From Octopus sinensis (lineage: Eukaryota): a stretch of 27,385 nt of DNA. Positions 1-10,130 of the stretch are shown here, one piece after another (position 1 is the stretch's first letter; each line of letters opens with the position of its first letter). The position numbers and the translations under genes were made by a program. The notes under the pieces are model-generated. The model searched no databases, was not told the origin of the DNA, and saw only the letters and a list, made by a program, of their open reading frames with translations. Location of the stretch: positions 1 to 27,385 of the forward strand of contig NW_021833369.1 of assembly GCF_006345805.1 (NCBI RefSeq). The letters run 5' to 3'.

Positions 1-245
1 TTCGTGAACGGAGCGACAGGGAAGTATGTGGTTGCAGATTACCAAAAGTACAAGTTTCGCTAGGCCGGACATTTCACAAAGTACACAGACATCAAGTGGA
101 TCCATGCAGTTGTCGAGTGGTATCCAAGAGATTGGAAAAAAGCCTCTACGACAATTGGAAGACTATTTTGTCAAGCAATTTGGCTCGAGATGGAAAAGAA
201 TAGCACAATCAAGAAGCACATCTGGTTGTCTGGTCGATACTGTGA
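1..245 (+). mobile_element. Decayed RTE-clade LINE, C-terminal/3' fragment (runs off the window start)
   Basis: Frame +1 reads KYKFR*AGHFTKYTDIKWIHAVVEWYPRDWKK, with TAG at 61-63 where W is expected. After a frameshift it reads PLRQLEDYFVKQFGSRWKRIAQSR. This matches the RTE C-terminal pattern K.RWAGH..R..D.RW...V.EW.PR..KRP...RW.D.....W...AQ.R. Confidence 0.75.
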
Positions 246-250
246 TATAC

Positions 251-288
<38 letters not shown>

Positions 289-343
289 ATGTATGTATGT
301 ATGTATGTATGTATGATGTATGTATGTATATATATATATAATA

Positions 344-389
<46 letters not shown>
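251..389. repeat. Compound microsatellite (GT)n-(ATGT)n-(AT)n
   Basis: Directly visible. It explains the low-complexity ORFs 171..434 and 190..414. Confidence 0.95.
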
Positions 390-391
<2 letters not shown>

Positions 392-777
392 GGCGCAGGA
401 GTGGTGTTTGGTAAGTAGCTTGCTTACCAACCACATGGTTCTGGGTTCCTTCCCACTGCGTGACACCTTGGGTAAGTGTCTTCTACTATAGCCTCGGGCC
501 GACCAAAGCCGTGACGGAAACTGAAAGAAGCCCGTCATATATATGTATATGTATATATTTATGTGAGTATGTGTGTGTATATGTTTGTGTGTTTGTCCCC
601 CCAACATCGCTTGACAACTGATGATGGTGTGTTTACGTCCCCGTAACTTAGCGGTTCGACAAAAGAGACCGGTAGAATAATTACTAGGCTTCCAAAGAAT
701 AAGTCCTGGGGTCGATTTGCTCGTGTGAGGCCGTGCTCTAGCATGGCCACAGTCAAATGACTGAAGTAGAAGAGTAT
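392..777 (+). mobile_element. tRNA-derived SINE, family A (near full length)
   Basis: The head GGCGCAGGAGTGG...GGGTTCC has degenerate A/B boxes and is followed by a CORE-like CCTTGGGTAAGTGTCTTCT, an internal (TA/TG)n and a 3' module. It aligns by eye with copies at 3319-3625, 6567-6720 and 16833-16995. It resembles published Octopus SINE families, but the exact name is not assigned. Confidence 0.85.
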
Positions 778-989
778 ACACACGCGCGCGCGCGCACTCA
801 CATATTATCAAATGAATAATAACAGACGATGGATAATTGTCAGCCCATTACAGCTTTTTCTTACGCAATTTTCAATATAGAAGACTGTAATCATCAGATG
901 AAACTTAATTTTACAAACAAAAGAATATCCCAAGAATACAGTAGTGACGTGGCTGATGTCTGTCGAGGTCAACTATGAAATGGGAGACT

Positions 990-1460
990 GACTAACAAAA
1001 CTGGCCGTTGTGGGCATTAGGGGATGGATCCAAACGGACAGCACAGCCGTTAAAATTTGGCACTAGCATCGTTACAAACGTTTCCAGAATGAAGTTGTAG
1101 ACAGAAGTAGACAGTCGTAGATAACGTCCAACTGCCTCAGGGGACCTAACACCCGATTTTTCCACAGGGTTTATTCTCGAAGCCTTTCCCATGGTTGGGT
1201 ATGGCGGCAAAACAGCGGAAGTTTGGAATCAGGGTTTTCTTTCCTCTAGGTGGATTGCTCCCTAAGTCTGACGTGCCCCATTTGCCCGACTGATTTGCCA
1301 ATTACTCCATAGCTGAGACCCTGACAGGTGTTATCATTCCGAGTCGGAGTAAACATGGGGAACAATTGCATCTAAGGGATAGTTCCAGCCTCCTCAAAAT
1401 CATGGAAGTATCGAACCAGGGCCCCATCACTAGATGCAGTTTAAAGCCATCCCCAGGACA
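990..1460 (-). mobile_element. RTE-LINE 5'-region-like non-autonomous fragment
   Basis: The minus strand reads ...CTAGAGGAAGAAAACCCTGATTCCAAACTTCCGCTG...CCATACCCAACCATGGGAAAGGCTTCGAGAATAAACCC..., which resembles the 5' UTR I recall from RTE elements. Its head (about 1320-1460) has a second degenerate copy at 18437-18585. Family assignment is from memory, not from a search. Confidence 0.55.
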
Positions 1461-1693
1461 AGTTGATGACTTCACAAAATGAATTCTAGAGCGCTGAAGT
1501 TCCGAGCAGGCGGGATTGGATGTATTGTTTAGTATTTCAAGACATCAAGTAGATTACTGTGTTGTCAATATTGTAGTTAATCTACAAACTGGTCTGAACC
1601 GACAGTAGGAGCAGAGGTGTATTTTAATTAGGTATTTATTTATTTTTTCATAGAGGCAAATTTATTATCAATATATTTTTTACAGGAATTGAA

Positions 1694-1894
1694 GCAGTGG
1701 GGAGGCAGAATCGTTAGCACGCCGGGTAAAATGCTTAGTGGCATTTCGTCCGTCAAATTCCACCGAGGTCGGCTTCGCCTTTCATCATTTCAAGGTCGAT
1801 AAATTAATAAATACCAGTTGAGTACTGGGTCGATCTAATCGATTTATCCCACTCCCGAAATTCCTGGCCTTGTGCCAAAATAAGAAAGCAATAT
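1694..1894 (+). mobile_element. tRNA-derived SINE, family B (B-box region deleted)
   Basis: GGCAGAATCGTTAGCACGCCGGGTAAAATGCTTAG head, GAGGTCGGCTTCGCCTTTCATC core and GGCCTTGTGCCAAAAT...CAATAT tail. It aligns with 14497-15416 and 19321-19521 but lacks about 16 nt spanning GAGTTC. Confidence 0.85.
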
Positions 1895-2302
1895 ATTTCT
1901 TTACAGGAAGAAAAGAAAGGAAAGAATTGAAAGTAAAGAAGATCAAATTTTCGAGAGAAAAAACCCATCACTACCTCACCAGGAGAACAAAGAAAAGGAA
2001 GAAAAAATGAAGGGATATTAAGCAACAGAAAATTTTGGGGAGCGGGTTGTACAGCCCAAGCCAAATGGCGTGTTCAGCCACGGTTACTTTTGTGTTGTTA
2101 CCTATCAACAGTTATCAGCGCAGTTTTAATGAATGTATAAATTTCATAAGCTACAGCAATTGTAGACATCAGTGTTTCTTATAATGTAACATATTAGAAG
2201 ATTGTTAACAAGAACGAGATTGAGAACGAAAACGTTTCAACAAGAAGTCTTCTTTCTCGATGGTCGATACACCTGGTAGAAATAGCAGTCTATTCGCGCT
2301 CA

Positions 2303-2422
2303 ACACACACACACACACACTCTCTCTCTCTCTCTCTCTCTTTCTCTCTGTGTCTCTCTATCTGTCTCTCTCTGTCTGTCTCTATGTCTCTCTGTCTGTC
2401 TGTCTCTCTCTCTTTCTCTCCT
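2303..2422. repeat. (CA)n-(CT)n/(CTGT)n microsatellite
   Basis: Directly visible. Confidence 0.95.
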
Positions 2423-2995
2423 GTCTTAAAAGGGATTGACAGAGTGTTGTAATAGATATAAGGCATGAAGTTAGATAATCACGGCTGGAACGCTTCTGAT
2501 GCTCTGTCTAGTCGATTAGAATCAAACCTGTCATCAGACTGAATAACAACACCGATAACTGCACTAGCAACAAAACCTAAAATCGATAATAATAACAATA
2601 ATAGTAAATATAAACGATAAAACGCAAATTCAAGATACACAGTTCGTATTTTTGTTGTTGTTTGTTTTGGCTTGTTTTATCATGTATCTATTTATTTATT
2701 TATTTATTTATTTATTCGTAAACGATACATTACTGGCGACAAACTAACTTTCAGACATTTTTTTCCCTCAGACTAGCGGTGTTTCGTGTTATATAAAAGT
2801 GCAAGGCACCAGGGAACCGGTAACGAGTATGGTATAAAGTGTAGATCGCTGCATGCTCGGTGCGCTTAATTATACCATGTCAATCGCAATCAAACACAAA
2901 GAACTTGTACATTAACGGATGCTATTACGTTAATTGCATAATAAGACATACAGCGAAGCATATACATCATATAATACGATCAATTTAAGCTTATT

Positions 2996-3175
2996 GTGTG
3001 TGTGTGTGTGTGTGTGTACATATATACACACGAATGTACACGTATGTGTGTGTACGTGTATATATATATATATGTCTGTATGTGTGTATGTAAGTATGCA
3101 TTAAGTATGTGTTTACATATATATATATATATATATATGTTACTTATTACTTATATATATATATATATATATGTT
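2996..3175. repeat. (GT)n/(TA)n compound microsatellite
   Basis: Directly visible. It explains ORF 2996..3295. Confidence 0.9.
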
Positions 3176-3318
3176 ACTTATTACTTATTGTTATATATTT
3201 ATCATTCATTTTTATACTTTTTGAGATCTAGTTATATGTTTTATAAAAATATGTATTTGTTATTTATGTTTTGGTTTATGTCTACCACTGTTTGAATTGC
3301 ATAATAGTGGTTTTATCT

Positions 3319-3625
3319 CTTGGGCAAGTGTCTTCTGCTATAGCCCCGGGCCGACCAATGCCTTGTGAGTGGATTTGGTAGACGGAAACTGAAAGAAGTC
3401 TGTCGTATATATGTATATATATGTATATGTGTGTGTGTGTTTGTCCCCCTAGCATTGCTTGACAACCGATGCTGGTGTGTTTACATCCCCGTCACTTAGC
3501 GGTTCGGCAAAAGCGACCGATAGAATAAGTATTGGGCTTACAAAGAATAAGTACCGGGGTCGATTTGATCGACTAAAGGCGGTGCTCCAGCAAATGACTG
3601 AAACAAGTAAAAGAGTAAAGAGTAT
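3319..3625 (+). mobile_element. SINE family A, 5'-truncated
   Basis: CTTGGGCAAGTGTCTTCTGCTATAGCCCCGGGCCGACC...GACGGAAACTGAAAGAAG...AAATGACTGAAACAAGTAAAAGAGT is collinear with 392-777. Confidence 0.9.
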
Positions 3626-4112
3626 ATGATTGCTATTATGTTAAACTGTCGTATGTCCAATATTGGTCAAATGCGTTTTGTTTGTTTTTTTCAATATTTA
3701 ATTTTGTTTGCAATAGCCGGATCTTTTGTTCAAACTATCGTATCTCCAGCCGCTTCAGATGCCAAGATACGAAAATTGTCAAAGTGTAGCACAACGATTT
3801 AGCATTTATCAAAAGTGTAATGAGCCTCACATCTGACAGTTTTGCAAAAATGTTTCTGACTAAAAATATCATACATGACGGAGTTACGATTTTATGCACA
3901 CAACAAAGTATTATTGTTAAGCTGAAAGTGTTGCTAATGTAAAAAGAAATGGAATGGCAAAAACATTTTTTTTTCGTTTTCTGAAAAAGCAACGTTTTGG
4001 ACTTACAACACTTTTGCATAACAGCAACGAAATATGATTGTGTGCATATATATATATATATATATATCCTTTTTTTCAACATGTGATCTCTTGAGCACCA
4101 CCAGCAAAAATA

Positions 4113-4306
4113 TTTTTTTCCTCTGTCTTCCCTTCTGGGATCTTTCCTTCTCCTTGTTTCCGACGAAGAGCTCCGCTCGAAACGTTAAACCCTCCCTCCC
4201 TTCTTCCTGAGCGTCAAATAATACTTTAATTGTTCCACGTCCTCGCGGTGCTGTGCTGTGTTTTTTTCTGTGTTTTTTTCTGTGTTTTTTCTGTTTGGAT
4301 TAACTA
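4113..4306 (+). mobile_element. Solo pseudo-LTR-like repeat (putative Penelope-like origin) carrying a hammerhead motif, copy 1
   Basis: Collinear with 24296-24479. Both copies end TGTTTGGATTAACTA next to (TA)n and contain the same hammerhead-like core. Confidence 0.65.
4156..4190 (+). ncRNA. Minimal type I hammerhead ribozyme motif, core-mutated (U4>C)
   Basis: GTTT-CCGACGA-A-GAGC(TCC)GCTC-GAAA-CG-TT-AAAC. Helix I is GUUU/AAAC, stem II is 4 bp, helix III is the palindrome ACGU and the cleavage triplet is GUU. Confidence 0.6.
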
Positions 4307-4315
4307 TATATATAT

Positions 4316-5005
4316 ATAAGGTGGGTGGGAAGTAAATAGGCATTAGAAATTGCTCATAAAATCTTTAGTATCACTGAAGTCATGACGAAAACATTTTTTA
4401 AACAGACAACACTAATGAAGATTTTTTATTTTCTTATTGTCATATTTGTAATTTCTCATTTTCCAAATGGCCGGTCGCTTGACTGTTCAGGAGCGAGCTA
4501 TGAAGTGTGGAATTCCATTGTTTTGGTAGCGTGCATGAAAAGATAAGCATGCAACACTACGTCTGGAGACAATAAAAAGTTGTCATACAAAGTTGATGAC
4601 CACGGGCTCTGTGAACGATGCAAGAAGAAGTGGCCGTCCAACCACATCCCGATCGGCGGAGAACGTGTAAGAAATGTTTAATCGTATCCCGCAAATATCA
4701 ACCTGTCGAGCAGCTTCTAAAAGTCGATTAACAAGACACACGATATGTACGATGTTGCATAAAGAATTGAATTTTGTCCGTGGAAACTCCTTTACGTACA
4801 GGAGAGAAAACCTGAAGACTGTGACTGCAGAATGGAACATTAAATGGCCTCCGAGAAGTCCAGATCTAACTTCAAGTAATTTTTATCTGTGAGGTTACAC
4901 AAAAGACGTATACAAGACAAAATCTTGTACGCTGGAAGACTTGAAGATACTGATTCAGGAGGCTCTCAATGATGTCCCAGACGACATCCTTCAGGTTGTT
5001 CATTT
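4316..5005 (+). mobile_element. Internally deleted Tc1/mariner-superfamily transposon (left end plus transposase remnants)
   Basis: ATG at 4467 gives MAGRLTVQERA. Remnants then read TGSVNDARRSGRPTTSRS (HTH region) and PWKLLYVQE.KPEDCDCRME, joined directly to IKWPPRSPDLTSSNFYL*GYTKDVY..TLEDLKILIQE. The element starts after a (TA)n run. No right TIR is seen. Confidence 0.85.
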
Positions 5006-5017
5006 CATTCAATGTTT

Positions 5018-5162
5018 TTGTTTTTATGCTTTCGTTTCTCGTTGTGTTCAACGTTTTTCTGATGTCCTGTACCCATATATGCATGTATATATACATATAG
5101 ATCTAGGTATGTACATATATGTATGTACATATGCATACATTTATATATTATTCATATTATTA
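5018..5162 (+). repeat. Dispersed low-complexity repeat, partner at about 26926-26985
   Basis: TAGGTATGTACATATATGTATGTACATATGCATA(C/T)ATTTATATATTATT occurs at about 5103-5153 and about 26927-26977. Confidence 0.6.
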
Positions 5163-5223
5163 TATGATCGAACGCCACGCATCGATTTCCAAGTAAGTTT
5201 TATATATATACATACATACATAC

Positions 5224-5232
<9 letters not shown>

Positions 5233-5319
<87 letters not shown>

Positions 5320-5378
5320 TGTGTGTGTGTGTGGTGTGTGTGTGTGTGTGTGCGCGTGTGTGTGTAGGTGTGTGTGTA
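5233..5378. repeat. Long (GT)n microsatellite
   Basis: Directly visible. Confidence 0.97.
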
Positions 5379-5904
5379 TTGTTGTATTTGGGGATGGTCA
5401 TGTTGCCATTTTAGCCAATGAAAACACACGCACTATATATTTGGTGTTCACTTGCTTCAGCTTTATTTTATATTAATTGTATTTCGGCCAGAGTTCTTTC
5501 GTCAGACTTTTGTGACCCCCATCAGTGGTCCTTTGCTTTCTTCTTTCTTTTCTTGTGTGTCTTCTTAATAATGATCTGCTATTTTTTTATTCCTATTGTA
5601 TGTGTCTTTATTTGCGCATGCGTATATCCGTGTGTGTCTATGTTTAGTAAGTGCGTGTGTATGGAACGTGCCTGCATTATCAGTATCCCTAGTTGATACA
5701 CATTCGTTTAATTTACTTTTATTTATTTGTTTATATCTACTTACTTTTTATTTTCTTTCTTTTTTTCTTGTATTAATCTAATTTAATTTATTTTGTTCAT
5801 GTATATAGTTATTTAATTCCATTTATCTATCTGCGTATTGCATTAGTTTCATATTACTATCAGTTTCAACACACGAATTCACATCAAGAATCTTACAAAA
5901 CGAA

Positions 5905-6170
5905 TATATATATACTCATATATAGATATGTATATATATGTATGTATATAAGTATATATATACTTAAGCATATGCACACACACACACACGCACACACACA
6001 CGAACACACACACACGAACACACACACACGAACCACACACATATATATATATATATATGCATCAATGTATGTATATATATGTGTGTGTGTATATATATAT
6101 ATATATATTATATATATATATACATGTATGTATGTATGTATGTATGTATGTATGTATGTATGTATGTATA
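5905..6170. repeat. Compound (TA)n/(CA)n/(ATGT)n microsatellite
   Basis: Directly visible. Confidence 0.92.
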
Positions 6171-6423
6171 CGTATTCAAACACAACACTGAACTTTCAGT
6201 ATGAAATAGTTCCTCTGATCCAAACGATGCCGGATTTGCGTTTGTCTTTCATCTTTCAGAGTTTAATAAACTTAAAACCAACGTGGAGAAGTGAGTCGGC
6301 TTAATTGATTATGCCCTTCATCTCCCTCCTCTACATGTTTCTTACCTTTATCTTCCACCTTTATGTAATTCTGGCTTTATGTCAATGCCAGAAATCTAAT
6401 TATGCATAATGAGACACCAAAGC

Positions 6424-6566
6424 TCACACACGTACACGCACACATCTATGTGCGCGCACACACGCATACACACGCACACACGCATACACACGCACACACG
6501 CATACACACGCACACACGCACACAGATACAGACACACACACACACACACAACGCACACACACATAT
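6424..6566. repeat. (CA)n-derived tract with about 3 copies of an 18-bp unit CACACGCATACACACGCA
   Basis: Directly visible. Confidence 0.85.
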
Positions 6567-6720
6567 ACAAGCTTCTTTCAGTTTTCTTCTACCAAATCCA
6601 TTCACAAGACTGGTTGGCCCGAAGTTATGGTAGAAGACACCTCAAGTTGCTTCGCAGTGCGACTGAACCCCGAACCATGTGTTTGAGAAGCAAGCTTCTT
6701 CCCACGCAGCTAGCCTGCGC
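6567..6720 (-). mobile_element. SINE family A, 5' half
   Basis: The reverse complement gives GCGCAGGCTAGCTGCGTGGGAAGAAGCTTGC...CATGGTTCGGGGTTCAGTC...GTGTCTTCTACC...TGGATTTGGTAGAAGAAAACTGAAAGAAG, collinear with 392-540. Confidence 0.8.
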
Positions 6721-7318
6721 AATATACTTATATCACATATACACACACATGTGTGTGTGTGTGTGTGTGTGTATATATTGCAAATAATTAGAAAATGGAA
6801 AAAAACCTAGATTAACCAATTCATCGATTGGACCACATTTTAAAGCTTGTTTATTGAGACAATACAAGACATAACAAAGCTAAGAGCTGTTTCTAATCAG
6901 ATTACTAGAATGCAGTCTATACATAAATGTGTGAATAAAATTCTTCATCTTCTTAGAGCATTCGAATTAAGGCAACAGATCTTCATCAGAGAGAAAAACA
7001 AGTGCATAAAATATAAACAAAAGGAAGAAAGAAAATGAAAGGAAACATGGCTAAGACAAATAGTCCAGAAAACCACTGTTAAGTGCACATAATTATTTAC
7101 CATCAGCGCTCAAAGAGCGTAGATGAGAGAGTGAGGTATTAAAGGACTAGGGAATACTACAAGGTATTAACGGGAGGGTACAGATAGGAGTGGGGGTTAT
7201 GGTGTTAAAAAAATAAGTTATCAAGAAGCTCTATGTAAAGGTCAAATCTATGTTAACGGAGCAAATTTAAGAAAAGGTGAACAATTAACGTAGGTTACTA
7301 AATAAAAAATTTACTCAC

Positions 7319-7382
7319 AGGAAATTAATACCAAGAATTCCCCATATAGTCCACAATGGAATAAGTCTAAATCCAGCGGTCT
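7319..7382 (-). other. Candidate 64-nt internal exon (unverified)
   Basis: On the minus strand a polypyrimidine tract, an AG-free zone of about 100 nt and a TACTGAC branch-like site lead to TATAG|. The donor is CT|GTGAGT. Two frames are open (TAGFRLIPLWTIWGILGINF or RPLDLDLFHCGLYGEFLVLIS). No homology was recognised. Confidence 0.3.
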
Positions 7383-7892
7383 CTATATTGGTCAGTAACA
7401 ATTTGAAACAGGTCACAAGTTAAAACCGTTACAAAGGATTTGTTTATAAATAAACAAGAAAAAGAAAGGAAGGAAAAAAGGTAAGGGAGATAAAACAATG
7501 AGTAGAATTTAAGGGCCGCTTTTGTCCTTCAGTCTCTTAATGGTATATCATGCGAGGGGGAAGCATAATGAGACAACCAGTTTAGTGGTTAATGGGAATT
7601 AATTAGCAATCGCCACAATTGCAGATCTCCGTTACACGCGTGAGCGCTGTGATGCTGGGACTTGTTCAGTCCTTGCTGTTATTAGACAACGATACTCTTC
7701 ATCTTCCTTCAAATGATGCCTTCTGGAGGAGACTAGGAATCTTTATGTTGAGATATATTTTCATACTTTCAGCGCTTCACTATAACAAATAATTCTTGGT
7801 GTTTGAGCTAATGTAACTATGGTCGAGTATTCGGCAAATAACCGACATTCCCAACTGCATAGCCTGGTGAGGAAGTTTCTACACAGCAAAAC

Positions 7893-7919
7893 AAATAAAT
7901 GAATGAATGAATGGATAGA

Positions 7920-7953
<34 letters not shown>
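7893..7953. repeat. (AAAT)n/(GAAT)n microsatellite
   Basis: Directly visible. Confidence 0.92.
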
Positions 7954-7954
<1 letters not shown>

Positions 7955-8099
7955 AGACCTTGTCAAAAGGACCAGTGAATCCAGTTTGGGATCAATAACT
8001 ATCAATAGTAATTTTAGGTTTCCCTATTGGGTCATAACTCGTGGGCTAAGACCAGAAATATTTTTGTCATTTCTCCCATAAAGTACCTTTATGGTCTTC

Positions 8100-8310
8100 A
8101 TATCTGTTCTTACTTTGTATCGAAGCGTTTCCATAAATAATTCCTGTTGAACAAAGTACATACATTTTCTGATCTGCTCATTCTGTCAGATTAATGCCAA
8201 TCGTTCCAAATTCTCTGTTACAGTTCCAAAAGCCAAGAGACAATATACGGGAACATGACCCTATTAACTTCATTCTTCCAGTGATTCAGAAGTTGATACT
8301 TTGAGACATT
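8100..8310 (-). mobile_element. Possible C-terminal remnant of an RLE-type (R4/NeSL-like) non-LTR retrotransposon
   Basis: Frameshifted minus-strand translation SKYQLL..WK...VMFP.IV / AFGTVTENLERLALI resembles the K.SKY..L...W...PIV.GA.GTV..NL pattern. The match is heavily decayed. Confidence 0.35.
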
Positions 8311-8677
8311 ATTATTTTTTTCTTTCTCTTCCCTCAGCCCCCTTTTATTTACTCTGACATTCTGTCATTAAAGACCGTCGTACATCATTTACATGACACT
8401 TCTTATTGACGAAAATATCCGGCATTTTCCTTTCAAATCCTTTTCCGTTGTATAGGAAAGTCTCAATGGTTTTAAGCGATTTTCAAAATGGACCAAATGA
8501 ATATTTTAGAATTTCTGCATTCCTGTGCATTTTTCATTAATGTTATCTTATTTTGAGGCTGAAGACAGACGCATTACTGAAATTATTATTCAAAAAATAA
8601 AGTCAGTCTGTGTTTTATTATATATTGCGCTCTTGTAACTGTGTATCATGATGATGAGGATGATGATGATGAAAAAA

Positions 8678-8996
8678 CCTGAATAAGTGGAAATCCGAAG
8701 GAGCAATATCTGGTGAATATGGAGGGTGGGGTAACACATCCCAGCCGAGCTGGAGCAATTTTTGTCTGGTTCCCAAAGCATCAAGTGCCGAAAATGAACT
8801 TTCTTATCTTCCATTTTAAAGGGTTACAGAATTAACACAGGTTATAGGATCATAAAACTTCTTCCACGAAAAGATAGCTTAAACTGTGCTCTAAATGGAG
8901 GTGTGGTCAAATCCTACTTTATGGACTCAACCATGTTCTAAAATAAGTCGAAAGGTAAGCTACTATAAATCGGCACGAACTTTCCGGACAACCCAA
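8678..8996 (-). mobile_element. Internally deleted mariner (DD34D-type) element: one TIR, 5' UTR, N-terminus fused to C-terminal part
   Basis: The minus strand starts TA|TTGGGTTGTCCGGAAAGTTCGTGCCG (TIR, TA target). ATG at 8814 gives MEDKKVHFRHLMLWE, fused in another frame to LGTRQKLLQLGWDVLPHPPYSPDIAPSDFHLFR, the mariner YSPDLAP motif. Confidence 0.92.
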
Positions 8997-9279
8997 TAAA
9001 TATTGGATAATATAAATATTCAATCTGGATGATGTCCACAATGCCATTTGGTTGTGCTTTGGGAATCCAGCCGGAAAATCTAATGTCAGTCGCTTTTGAA
9101 AGGATTCTTTACAGCTGGTACTTGAGGATGCCGCTTGTACGACCCTCCCGGGCATACAGAGCGAAGATGAATTGACGGATGGAATTTATCACTCAGGCTC
9201 TCTGTCAACCTCATTTAGGCCTCGTTTTATAAAACCACAATTTCGCATTCATTTTTGATATTGTGGTTGTAATTTTTCT

Positions 9280-9460
9280 TATCGATATTGTTGTTGTTGT
9301 TGTTGGCGTTGTAGTTGCTACGGTTTACGTTTTTTTTTACTGATATGTTGCTGTTGCTTTTGTAGCTATTGTCATTGTTGCCGTTGCTCTTGTTGTTATT
9401 TTTGTTGTTATCGTCGCTGTTTTTGTTGCTCTCGTTGTTTTTGTTGTTGTTGTTGTTGGT
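9280..9460. repeat. Degenerate (TTG)n tract
   Basis: Directly visible. It explains the Asn-rich ORF 9227..9469. Confidence 0.85.
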
Positions 9461-9521
9461 GCGTTTCAACTTGCTTCAGAGATTTGCAACAAACGCAATA
9501 ACGACGGAGCGAAGCAGCACA

Positions 9522-9529
9522 AACACACA

Positions 9530-9560
<31 letters not shown>

Positions 9561-9586
9561 TACACAAACACACACACACACACGCG

Positions 9587-9617
<31 letters not shown>

Positions 9618-9626
9618 ATACACAAA

Positions 9627-9664
<38 letters not shown>

Positions 9665-9700
9665 CTCACACACGTACATGCGTGCGCGCATACAAAAACG
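9522..9700. repeat. (CA)n microsatellite with (CG)n island
   Basis: Directly visible. Confidence 0.95.
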
Positions 9701-10130
9701 CGCTCAGACACGCACAGACAGGCACACACATGCTCATACACGCACAACCGTGACACATAAACATGCATATATACGTATTATTTTAATTTAAGAGAACTGA
9801 TCATCATCTCGTCAGTAGGTTTTATAATACATATATGCATACATATAGACTTATTTTACATGCATATATGTGTGTCTATATATACATATATATGTCTCTC
9901 TCCCTCCCTGTCTTTATATATATTTATATATATCAGTTGAATAAAATTAAAACTTGGTCTGGTTCAGGTTATTTTTTTATTATTGTATTCAATAATTTTT
10001 TACAGTGCTGGAGTGTGTTAAACATTAAAAAAATATTTTGTAATGTTCATAAAGTTCAATTAGCACTTTCATACGTTTGTAGTAATCATCTGATTTCAAT
10101 ATGTGTTTAACTGACATTTGAGTTCGTAAC

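Noticed and set aside
860-902. Minus-strand CTGATGA...GAAA hammerhead-like string sharing ATCTGATGATTAC with the 11690 motif
   Set aside because: Stem II needs a repair, helix III is not palindromic and helix I does not pair. It is possibly a relic but not supportable.
2225-2262. Minus-strand ...AAGAAGAC-TTCTT-GTT-GAAACGTT, resembling the 3' half of a minimal hammerhead
   Set aside because: The CUGANGA core is absent (3 mismatches).
3650-4037. Possible DNA-transposon 3' end (...ACTTACAACACTTTTGCATAACAGCAACG)
   Set aside because: No partner TIR or coding remnant was found in the window, so the resemblance rests on memory alone.
9010-9230. GC-richer unique segment with short open frames on both strands
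   Set aside because: No recognisable motif and no convincing splice-site pair.
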